Assembly (NCBI GenBank): GCA_040386275.1
Contig: JAZKFU010000011.1
Location: 1,383-65,382, forward strand
Reading direction: 5' to 3'
DNA: 64,000 nt
Source: Patescibacteria group bacterium
GTDB lineage: Bacteria > Patescibacteriota > Minisyncoccia > Phycocordibacterales > UBA918
Shown: positions 50,542 through 58,377 of the stretch, one piece after another
Layout of the letters: the number at the start of each line of letters is the position of its first letter
How positions within the stretch are numbered: the first letter of the stretch is position 1
Position numbers and translations under genes: made by a program
Notes under the pieces: generated by a model
The model's input: the letters and a program-made list of their open reading frames with translations, nothing else
Told to the model about the DNA's origin: nothing
The model's database searches: none

Positions 50542-50611
50542 TTAGTAGACCCTCGCTGTTTTTGTACAAAACCGCATTTTTACACGGTTACGTCCCTTTG
50601 ACGTTTCCTTA

Positions 50612-51295
50612 CTATACAACGATAACAATATTCTTACAATAGGTAGCCCGATGCAGGGTGGATAACCCATTTTGAGCGATTGCAGCCCTATGAGTCTTCG
50701 TGCCATAGCCTTTATGACGAGCAAAATCATAGGCTTCATAATCACCACGGGTGGCAATTTTAGTCATATATCTATCCCGGGTCACCTTAGCCATAATGGA
50801 CGCGAGTCCTATTACCTTCTCTTTACTATCTCCCTTAATAATCGTCTCTTGATGCACGTACTCCATAGGTGCCCGAAGCGACCCATCCAACTTAACCATA
50901 ACCTCCTCAAGTACGAGGTTTAACCTCGTACTTTTGTTTTTCGAATTTTGTTTGTTTTCAACTTCCTTTTGAAGTTCGAGGCGAGACCTCGAACTTGTGA
51001 GTTTCTTCAGTCCGGTGTTGATGGCTTTTTTGATACACACTGAAATACCGTCGCTGTCTATTTTGTGAGCGGGGACCATCTCGACTACGTACTGGAGCTT
51101 CCCTTCTTTTTGCAATGCCTGTGCATGTTTAAAAATATCTTCACGTTTCTTTTCAGATAATTGTTTACTATCCCCTACACCAGGAATTAACTTCCAATCA
51201 AAACTGACTGGCACAAGAACAAGACCAACCGACACGGGTCCGGCAAGGGGCCCTCTCCCGGCCTCATCTATACCAATTAACCATTTGTATTTCAT
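50612..51295 (-). CDS. rnhB: Ribonuclease HII with a palindrome-bounded in-frame insertion
   Basis: GIDEAGRGPLAGP, DSK.LS, IKGD, ASI.AKV.RD, HKGYGT. Confidence 0.94.
   Translation of the reverse strand: MKYKWLIGIDEAGRGPLAGPVSVGLVLVPVSFDWKLIPGVGDSKQLSEKKREDIFKHAQALQKEGKLQYVVEMVPAHKIDSDGISVCIKKAINTGLKKLTSSRSRLELQKEVENKQNSKNKSTRLNLVLEEVMVKLDGSLRAPMEYVHQETIIKGDSKEKVIGLASIMAKVTRDRYMTKIATRGDYEAYDFARHKGYGTKTHRAAIAQNGLSTLHRATYCKNIVIVV
50909..50996. repeat. Pair of REP-like palindromes in-frame within rnhB
   Basis: AAGTACGAGG-TTTAA-CCTCGTACTT (50909-50933) and AAGTTCGAGG-CGAGA-CCTCGAACTT (50972-50996). Confidence 0.8.
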
Positions 51296-51384
51296 TTTAG
51301 AAATACTACCATATATTGACTTTTTAGTTTTTTATTATATTGTTAGATAGAGACTAGATATTCATCCAGCTGAGGAATTCAAAG

Positions 51385-51717
51385 ATGAACCAAGTTCTTT
51401 CCGGCGTCCTATTGGTCGCACTTACCGCTGGCACTACCCCACTATTTGCAGATTCAGTCGTGATGCTCTGTGATGCCAGCACCGTGATTATCACGGACAA
51501 TGACTTATTGCAGGTCGTTGTCAGTGATGAAGTTGCACCGATGGTCAATATGGTAGTCTGGGACACCACAACCACCCTGAACTCCTCTACTACGCCCAGC
51601 AAAATCAGTCTGTACTGCGCCGACGGTAACCTGTCTATCGGTTACGACGGAATAAATGTGGTTGAGGTTGAAGTCACACTACAAACCGGCGCCCAAATCA
51701 AACAACGCAGTCAATAA
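51385..51717 (+). CDS. Small secreted hypothetical protein
   Basis: Signal-peptide-like N-terminus, GAGG SD, TTGACT promoter at 51315, terminator at ~51722-51747. Confidence 0.65.
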   Translation: MNQVLSGVLLVALTAGTTPLFADSVVMLCDASTVIITDNDLLQVVVSDEVAPMVNMVVWDTTTTLNSSTTPSKISLYCADGNLSIGYDGINVVEVEVTLQTGAQIKQRSQ

Positions 51718-51788
51718 CGCTACGCCCGCAATTCTGCGGGCGTTTTTCTGTAGATAACTATGTTTTCTTTTTTTGGTATACTGGTGCC

Positions 51789-54700
51789 ATGTCAGAGAAT
51801 TCTTCAATAAAATCAACGTTTGTTCACCTCCACACCCACTCGCACTATACGCTTTTAGGAGCCCTCCCAACCCCCAAAGAACTCGCCAAAGCGGCCAAGG
51901 AAGATGGTCAAGAGGCACTGGCTATTACTGATGCAGGCGCGCTCTATGGAGCAATTGATTTTTATAAAGCCTGCACCAAAGAAGGTATCAAACCAATTAT
52001 TGGTCTTGATGCGTACCTCGCTCCGCGGACGCGCCATGATAAGGAAGCGATGATTGATAAACCGCGCGCGCGAGTAGTACTGTTAGCTAAAACATTTGCC
52101 GGCTATCAAAATCTGATTCAGCTGGTGACGCGGTCAAACTTTGAAGGCTTTTACTACAAACCCCGACTCGATGAGGAGTTACTGAAAGAGTACGCCAAAG
52201 ATTTAATTTGCATCATCCCCTCTTTCGCCGGTGAAGTGGCCCACGCCCTTAAAGATGGCGATACCGAACGTGCTGAACAACGACTTGATTGGTATAAGGG
52301 TGTCTTTGGTGATGATTGTTACCTTGAACTCACTCACCATCCAGCGATGTATGAACACGCCGAAAATCAAAAACGAATTGTGGCGTTAGCGCACAAAACG
52401 AATACCCCACTCGTGGCGGCGCACGATGTGTATTACCTCAAGCCGACCGATAGACTCGCCCGAGCCACGATGCACAAAATTCAAAGTGGTGGAGTAGTTG
52501 ATACCAGTAGCGTCGAAGACGACAATGAGGATTTTAGTTTTATTACTCAAGCCGACGCAGCCGAGCGATTTAAAGATACCCCTGAAGCGTTAACCAACAC
52601 CATCAAGATAGCAGAACAATGTAACGTAGAAATTGAGATTGGTACGCACTGGTATTTCCCTGATTACAAAATTGACTCGGGACGTACCCCGGATGAAGAA
52701 CTCCAAGTAACGGCCTATGAAGGCGTGGCCTGGCGAGGATTATCTATTGAGTCTGAGGAAGTTAAAACGAGACTCGACTATGAGCTGGAGGTAATTAAAA
52801 ACAAAGGCTACGCCAAATACTTCCTCGTGGTAGGTGACTTGCTTCGCGAGTCGCGTGAGCGAGGGATTTTGACAACCATTCGAGGATCAGTGGCGGGCTC
52901 ACTCACTACGTACGTGCTGGGGATTACCAACGTAGACCCCTTGGAATACAAATTACCGTTTGAACGATTCCTTAACCCCGAACGACCATCAGCACCGGAT
53001 ATCGACATGGACTACGCTGATAATCGGCGTGACGAAATTATTGAATACGCCAAATCAAAATATGGTGCTGATAAAGTAGCGCAAATTGGAACCTTCGGAA
53101 CTATGATGGCCCGCGCTGCTGTGCGCGACGTAGCGCGCGCACTTGGTCATCCGTATTCAGTTGGTGACAGACTCGCCAAAATGATTCCGATGGGAAGTCA
53201 GGGATTTGCGATGACTATTAAGCGCGCCATGGAAATTGAGCCGGAGCTGGCCAAACTCTATAAGAGTGACGGTGAGAGTCGTGAAGTACTTGATCTCGCG
53301 CGACAAATTGAAGGGCGCGTCCGCCACCTTGGGGTACACGCCGCGGGTGTGGTTATTGCCCCTGCCCCGTTGTCACAGTTTGTACCGTTGCAACCCGACC
53401 CGAAAACCGGAAAATTTGTGACGCAGTACGAAATGAAATCTGTCGGAGAAGACGGCGTGGGACTACTCAAGTTCGACTTTCTGGGTATTAAAAACCTGGC
53501 GATTTTAGCGGACGCGGTGAAGCGCGTAAAAAAGATTCGTAATGAGGTGGTTGATATTGAAAACATTCCGCTTAATGACCCTAAAACGTTTGCCATTTTA
53601 GCGGCGGGCCAAACGATGGGTCTCTTCCAATTAAATGGTTCGGGGATGACGAGTTTTCTTAAACAGCTCAAGCCGACCAGTATCCACGACATTAACGCGA
53701 TGGTAGCGCTCTACCGCCCGGGACCGATGGAATCAATTCCCCAATACATTGAACGAAAACACAATCCGCAATTGGTGACGTACCTCGACCCGCGCATGAA
53801 AACGATTCTTGATCGTTCATATGGCGTTATTACCTACCAGGACGACGTTATGACGATTGCGCGTGAACTTGCAGGCTACAGCTGGCTTGAAGCTGACATG
53901 TTGCGTAAGGCGATGGGTAAGAAAATTCCGGAGGTGATGGAGGCGGAAAAAGATAAACTCCTCACCGGGTTTGCGAACTTTGGAAAATTACATCCGTCGT
54001 TGGGTGACAAGCTCTGGAAATTGATTGAACCTTTTGCAGCGTACGGATTTAACAAAGCACACGCCGCCTCCTACGGTCGGGTTGCCTACCAAACCGCTTA
54101 CATGAAAGCCAACTACCCAGTTGAATACATGTCTGCGGTGTTAACCGCTGACGCCGGCGACGTGGAAAAGATTTCGGAAATTATTCACGAGTGTGACCGG
54201 ATGGGCATTGAGGTGCTCCCGCCTGATATCAACGAATCGTTTGCCGACTTCTCGGTAGTGCCCGGCACGCAAACTATTCGCTTTGGTTTAACTACCATCA
54301 AAAACTTTGGTGAGGCAATTTCTGAAGCAATTATTGAAGACCGCAAAGCCCACGGCCCGTACACCTCCATGCAGGACTTCTTATCGCGATTAACCCACCG
54401 AAATTTAAATAAAAAATCACTCGAAGCCTTGGTGCTTGTGGGTGCCTTTGATAGTTTCGGAGAACGAGGCTTCCTGCATGCCAACATTGAACACATGCTG
54501 GAGTTTAACCGCGAAAAAGTAGCCGCCCGTGAATCAGCTCAAGACTCACTGTTTGGTATGGGCAGTGGCAGTGTGAGTGACCTCACCTTAACCCCGGCAC
54601 CGCCCGCACCGACCGCGACTAAATTAATTTGGGAAAAAGAGCTGTTGGGAGTATACCTCTCGGGACATCCTCTGGATGCTTTTAAGGAAGAACTCGCCAA

Positions 54701-55025
54701 ACGAGTATCTGTTGAAGCTATCAAAAAAGCCGTGTACGAAAAACAAGAAATTCCTGTCTTGCAAATGAAAGGTTCGCTCGCGACGGCCGGCATCATTACC
54801 GCCATGCGTGAACTCATTACCAAAAAAGGTGACAAAATGGCATTTGTTACACTAGGAGATTTAAAAGACCAAATCGAAATGGTCGCCTTCCCCGAAACCT
54901 ACGCGGAGCAACGAGAACTATTTGTGATTGGTAACTGTATTGCAGTGAAAGGAAAATTAACTATCAGAAACGACGAACCGAGCATTGCGATTGACCGCGT
55001 AAAAGCGCTTGCTCCCAGTACCTAA
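51789..55025 (+). CDS. dnaE: DNA polymerase III alpha subunit
   Basis: PHP domain HLH.HS.Y, RGS.AGSL, FERFLNPER..PDIDMD, KFDFLG, YGFNKAHA, OB fold. Confidence 0.97.
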   Translation: MSENSSIKSTFVHLHTHSHYTLLGALPTPKELAKAAKEDGQEALAITDAGALYGAIDFYKACTKEGIKPIIGLDAYLAPRTRHDKEAMIDKPRARVVLLAKTFAGYQNLIQLVTRSNFEGFYYKPRLDEELLKEYAKDLICIIPSFAGEVAHALKDGDTERAEQRLDWYKGVFGDDCYLELTHHPAMYEHAENQKRIVALAHKTNTPLVAAHDVYYLKPTDRLARATMHKIQSGGVVDTSSVEDDNEDFSFITQADAAERFKDTPEALTNTIKIAEQCNVEIEIGTHWYFPDYKIDSGRTPDEELQVTAYEGVAWRGLSIESEEVKTRLDYELEVIKNKGYAKYFLVVGDLLRESRERGILTTIRGSVAGSLTTYVLGITNVDPLEYKLPFERFLNPERPSAPDIDMDYADNRRDEIIEYAKSKYGADKVAQIGTFGTMMARAAVRDVARALGHPYSVGDRLAKMIPMGSQGFAMTIKRAMEIEPELAKLYKSDGESREVLDLARQIEGRVRHLGVHAAGVVIAPAPLSQFVPLQPDPKTGKFVTQYEMKSVGEDGVGLLKFDFLGIKNLAILADAVKRVKKIRNEVVDIENIPLNDPKTFAILAAGQTMGLFQLNGSGMTSFLKQLKPTSIHDINAMVALYRPGPMESIPQYIERKHNPQLVTYLDPRMKTILDRSYGVITYQDDVMTIARELAGYSWLEADMLRKAMGKKIPEVMEAEKDKLLTGFANFGKLHPSLGDKLWKLIEPFAAYGFNKAHAASYGRVAYQTAYMKANYPVEYMSAVLTADAGDVEKISEIIHECDRMGIEVLPPDINESFADFSVVPGTQTIRFGLTTIKNFGEAISEAIIEDRKAHGPYTSMQDFLSRLTHRNLNKKSLEALVLVGAFDSFGERGFLHANIEHMLEFNREKVAARESAQDSLFGMGSGSVSDLTLTPAPPAPTATKLIWEKELLGVYLSGHPLDAFKEELAKRVSVEAIKKAVYEKQEIPVLQMKGSLATAGIITAMRELITKKGDKMAFVTLGDLKDQIEMVAFPETYAEQRELFVIGNCIAVKGKLTIRNDEPSIAIDRVKALAPST

Positions 55026-55067
55026 CGTGCTATATTGCTCCGAGAAACTCATAAGGAGCACATAACA

Positions 55068-55538
55068 ATGCAAGGACAGCAACTTGGCGTCATCAACTCT
55101 ATGACTCAATCTGAAGTAAACGTTTCGGATTTAGTGTCGGCTCATGAAGATTTGTTCTATCAACAAAAAGCTTCCAACTTTTCACATCAGGTTTTTACTG
55201 AAAGGAGATTTTTAAACCGTCAGATTGTTAATGACTACACAAAAGCCTTTGAAGCTCAGCGACTTGATTTTGGACGTTCACACAATATGCCCGAGGACAA
55301 AATTCTTAATCCGACATTCCCTCTATTGGAAACGATGGCGTGGTGGATTGCCTACACTCGTAGTCGGGAAGTTGGTCACGGTATGCGTTCATATGTCACA
55401 CCTACTTCAACATATATCGAGGGGCATCGATTGGGTGTTGCGTTACTCGTTAACGAATGTCTCCGAGTTGCATATACCTTTGTAGCACGGGAAGTTGTTT
55501 CCCCTCATAATCAAATCTGGCCCGCAATCACATGGTGA
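55068..55538 (+). CDS. Hypothetical protein (ORFan)
   Basis: AAGGAG SD before ATG 55068; 156-aa open frame. Confidence 0.55.
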   Translation: MQGQQLGVINSMTQSEVNVSDLVSAHEDLFYQQKASNFSHQVFTERRFLNRQIVNDYTKAFEAQRLDFGRSHNMPEDKILNPTFPLLETMAWWIAYTRSREVGHGMRSYVTPTSTYIEGHRLGVALLVNECLRVAYTFVAREVVSPHNQIWPAITW

Positions 55539-55613
55539 TTGCGGGCCTTATGTATTAAATATAAAACAAATAAAATATTGGCTTTTATAATAAAAGACGG
55601 TATCCTTGTACGT

Positions 55614-55883
55614 ATGTCATCATTAGAATCAGGAGGAACGATGCCCGATAAAAAAGAAATGATAGTTTCAACCGAAGAGTTGGGAGCAGTATCTAAAGAA
55701 TTAGAAGATAACGCCAATGAAAAGCCAGCTCTCGCTATGTTCTTGGCAAAGCTCCTGGAATCTCCTGAAGCTGACGCCAAAACGCTCGCGGTGGTAGAAA
55801 AAATTGTTCGCAATGAAGCAAGCCCCGAAGAAGTAACCCTTCTGCAAGACAGTCTCGCGCAGTGGATTAATGGAAATCGCTAA
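55614..55883 (+). CDS. Small acidic hypothetical protein (alternative start at 55641 with AGGAGG)
   Basis: Open frame followed by a terminator hairpin at 55888-55912. Confidence 0.55.
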   Translation: MSSLESGGTMPDKKEMIVSTEELGAVSKELEDNANEKPALAMFLAKLLESPEADAKTLAVVEKIVRNEASPEEVTLLQDSLAQWINGNR

Positions 55884-55928
55884 CAACACGCGCCCGCAAC
55901 CGGGCGCGTTTTCTTATGCCTGAGCAAG

Positions 55929-55957
55929 TTGACCTTTACTCTACAAAAAGCTACCAT
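55929..55957 (+). promoter_or_regulatory. thrS promoter
   Basis: TTGACC-17 nt-TACCAT. Confidence 0.65.
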
Positions 55958-55963
55958 ACTACC

Positions 55964-56155
55964 ACTTCAGAGATTGTGATGGCTACCACCCATCAGTTTG
56001 ACTAATCATCAGTCAGACGGAAATTTCCCTAATCTGCAATACAAAGAGCGTAGACAGCAGACTGTCACGAAGCCCGGTGGAACCGCGTTAGAGACCTTGT
56101 TCTCAATCGTCCGAGCGAACACACAAATTTTTGTGTAGTCGCTCGGGCGATTTTT
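55964..56155 (+). ncRNA. T-box riboswitch (transcriptional) upstream of thrS
   Basis: T-box GGTGGAACCGCG at 56076-56087 pairing with CGTCCG (antiterminator); competing terminator ATCGTCCGAGCGA/TCGCTCGGGCGAT+TTTT; Thr codon ACC in a 5' hairpin loop. Confidence 0.85.
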
Positions 56156-56175
56156 ATTACCAATAATTACCAACT

Positions 56176-56295
56176 AGACGTTCAGAATCAAATGCAGTAC
56201 GCGGCATGGAGAAAAAGAGTTGTGAGCCGTATGCCTATACGGTGAATAAATCTTAGAGGCTCTATAACAAAGTAACGCATTGATTGTGGACGTCT
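56176..56295 (+). repeat. Family A structured repeat, copy A10
   Basis: Terminal stem AGACGTTCA.AATCAA.TGC/GCATTGATT.TGGACGTCT; core GAG-CCGTAT-GCCT-ATACGG-TGA. Confidence 0.8.
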
Positions 56296-56306
56296 CCCCC
56301 CCCCAT

Positions 56307-58061
56307 ATGGAAAATTCATTACAAAACAAACGACACACTCTCGCCCACCTCCTCGGTGCCGCGGTGTTACAAAACTACCCACACGCCAAACTCACGCTTG
56401 GTCCGGCGATTGATAACGGGTTTTATTACGACTTTGATTTTACGGGCGGACCAACGCTCGGTGACGATGGACTCAAAGAAGTACAGAAGTCGATGAAGAA
56501 AATCCTCAATGGGTGGAATGAATTTTCACACCGTGAAGTGAGTGTTGACGAAGCGCGCACGCTCTACGCCTCTAATCCGTTCAAGCTAGAGCTCGTGAAT
56601 GAAATCGCCGAACGGGGTGAAACCATTACCCTCTATACAGTCGGGGATTTTACCGACCTTTGTCGGGGCGGACACTGTAAACACCCCAACAAGGAGCTCA
56701 ACACCGATGCTTTTAAACTTGATAAAGTAGCGGGAGCTTATTGGCGTGGTGATGAGAAAAATCCCATGCTCACCCGCGTGTATGGCCTGGCGTTTGATAC
56801 ACCAGAAGAACTACATGAGTATCTCACCATGATTGAAGAAGCCAAAAAACGCGACCACCGTAAACTCGGTAAAGAGATGGGATTGTTTTCGTTTTCTGAA
56901 TTAGTCGGTGCAGGACTTCCCCTTTGGTCACCCAAAGGTACTGCACTGCGTCAACGGCTTGATGCCTTTGTGCAAGAACTCCGCGATGCGCGCGGGTACG
57001 AACACGTGACCATTCCCCACATTGCAAAAAAGTCTCTCTACGAAACCTCAGGTCACTGGAATAAATATAGTGAAGACTTATTTAAAGTGAGCGCTAAAGA
57101 AGGTGATGAACACGAAATGTATGTTCTTAAACCAATGAACTGTCCCCACCACACGCAAATCTATGATGCGGTCCCCCGTTCATACCGTGACCTCCCGCAA
57201 CGCTACGCTGAAACTACTATGGTGTACCGGGCAGAACAGTCAGGAGAATTAAATGGTCTGACTCGGGTACTTTCTATCACTCAAGATGACGCACATGTGT
57301 TTTGTCGCGAATCCCAACTACGTGACGAGATTGAAAAAATTTGGGACATCGTCAATGAATTTTATGGAGCGTTTAATTTCAAATTACGCGTCAGGCTTTC
57401 CTTCCATGACCCGGCTGACAAAGAAAAATATTTAGGTGACGCTAGTATCTGGGAAGAAACAGAAAGTCTGATGAAACAAATCGCCACCGACCGCAACGCC
57501 GACTATTTTGAAGGTGTCGGTGAAGCTGCGTTCTACGCTCCTAAACTCGACTTTATGGCCAAAGATTCAATTGGTCGCACCCACCAGGTAGCTACTATCC
57601 AACTCGATCGATTAATGCCAGGGCGGTTTAATTTATTCTGCACCAACGAAAAGGGTGAGAAGGAACCAATCGTTATGATTCACGCTGCTATTGCTGGATC
57701 ACTAGAACGGTTTTTAGCAGTATTGATCGAACACGTCGGCGGGAACTTCCCGCTCTGGCTCGCACCGGAACAAATAAAAATTATTCCGGTGAATGAAGCA
57801 CATATGCCATATGCAGAAAAAGTGTTTGCCGAACTAAAAGCAGCCGGACTGCGCGTAACACTCGATGGCGATAACGAATCAATGGGCAAGAAAATCCGCG
57901 CCGCCAAAACCAACCGCCTCCCCTACTTCATCGTCCTTGGAGATCAAGAAGTAGCCGACCAAACCGTCACCCTAGAAAAACGAGACGGCACCAAACAAGT
58001 ACTCCCCCTGTCAGACCTAACCCTCAAACTAACCACCGAAGTCCAAACCAAAGCCATCTAA
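56307..58061 (+). CDS. thrS: Threonyl-tRNA synthetase
   Basis: RHTLAH, DLCRGGH, RDHRKLG, LKPMNCPHH, QDDAH, GSLERF. Confidence 0.97.
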   Translation: MENSLQNKRHTLAHLLGAAVLQNYPHAKLTLGPAIDNGFYYDFDFTGGPTLGDDGLKEVQKSMKKILNGWNEFSHREVSVDEARTLYASNPFKLELVNEIAERGETITLYTVGDFTDLCRGGHCKHPNKELNTDAFKLDKVAGAYWRGDEKNPMLTRVYGLAFDTPEELHEYLTMIEEAKKRDHRKLGKEMGLFSFSELVGAGLPLWSPKGTALRQRLDAFVQELRDARGYEHVTIPHIAKKSLYETSGHWNKYSEDLFKVSAKEGDEHEMYVLKPMNCPHHTQIYDAVPRSYRDLPQRYAETTMVYRAEQSGELNGLTRVLSITQDDAHVFCRESQLRDEIEKIWDIVNEFYGAFNFKLRVRLSFHDPADKEKYLGDASIWEETESLMKQIATDRNADYFEGVGEAAFYAPKLDFMAKDSIGRTHQVATIQLDRLMPGRFNLFCTNEKGEKEPIVMIHAAIAGSLERFLAVLIEHVGGNFPLWLAPEQIKIIPVNEAHMPYAEKVFAELKAAGLRVTLDGDNESMGKKIRAAKTNRLPYFIVLGDQEVADQTVTLEKRDGTKQVLPLSDLTLKLTTEVQTKAI

Positions 58062-58092
58062 ATCCTTTCAATCGATTGAAAGCACGTACAAC

Positions 58093-58123
58093 AAAAACCC
58101 TCACGCAAAGCGTGAGGGTTTTT
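58093..58123 (+). terminator. Terminator after thrS
   Basis: AAAAACCCTCACGC-AAA-GCGTGAGGGTTTTT. Confidence 0.85.
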
Positions 58124-58182
58124 GCTTAACTCAAGGTCAAGTTCCCGATAAAGTGTCAAAATTAAATGAAGTGCTCAAAGCC

Positions 58183-58220
58183 ATAAAACAAAATCGCCCA
58201 GAAGGGCGATTTTGTTTTAT
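58183..58220 (-). terminator. Terminator for the convergent surface-protein gene
   Basis: ATAAAACAAAATCGCCC-AGAA-GGGCGATTTTGTTTTAT. Confidence 0.8.
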
Positions 58221-58235
58221 GCTCTAAGTCCTCGA

Positions 58236-58375
58236 TAAAATGGATATAGTGGATGAAGTGCTAGGAGCGGTCCAGCGATTTTCTCAAGGGAAGAAAAAAT
58301 CGGGACAGAAATTCAGAATAATCGCTACGCTCGTTTCTTCATTCCACAACGCAATTCGCCGCTATATACGTTTTA
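58236..58375 (+). repeat. Hybrid element: family A shell enclosing family B core (58269-58344)
   Basis: Closing stem TAAAATG.ATATAGTGG/CCGCTATAT.CGTTTTA; GAAGTGCTAGGAG...ACAACGCAATT as in A8; interior is the family B sequence. Confidence 0.8.
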
Positions 58376-58377
58376 CT

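Noticed and set aside
11414-58344. Family B repeats as a CRISPR array
   Set aside because: Copies are kilobases apart (only one tandem pair, with differing stems), there is no repeat-spacer periodicity, and no cas genes are present.
317-58375. Family A repeats as integron attC sites or intrinsic terminators
   Set aside because: There are no consistent RYYYAAC/GTTRRRY ends and no integrase, and the flanking genes are core genes. They lack U-tracts, and separate canonical terminators occur beside several copies.
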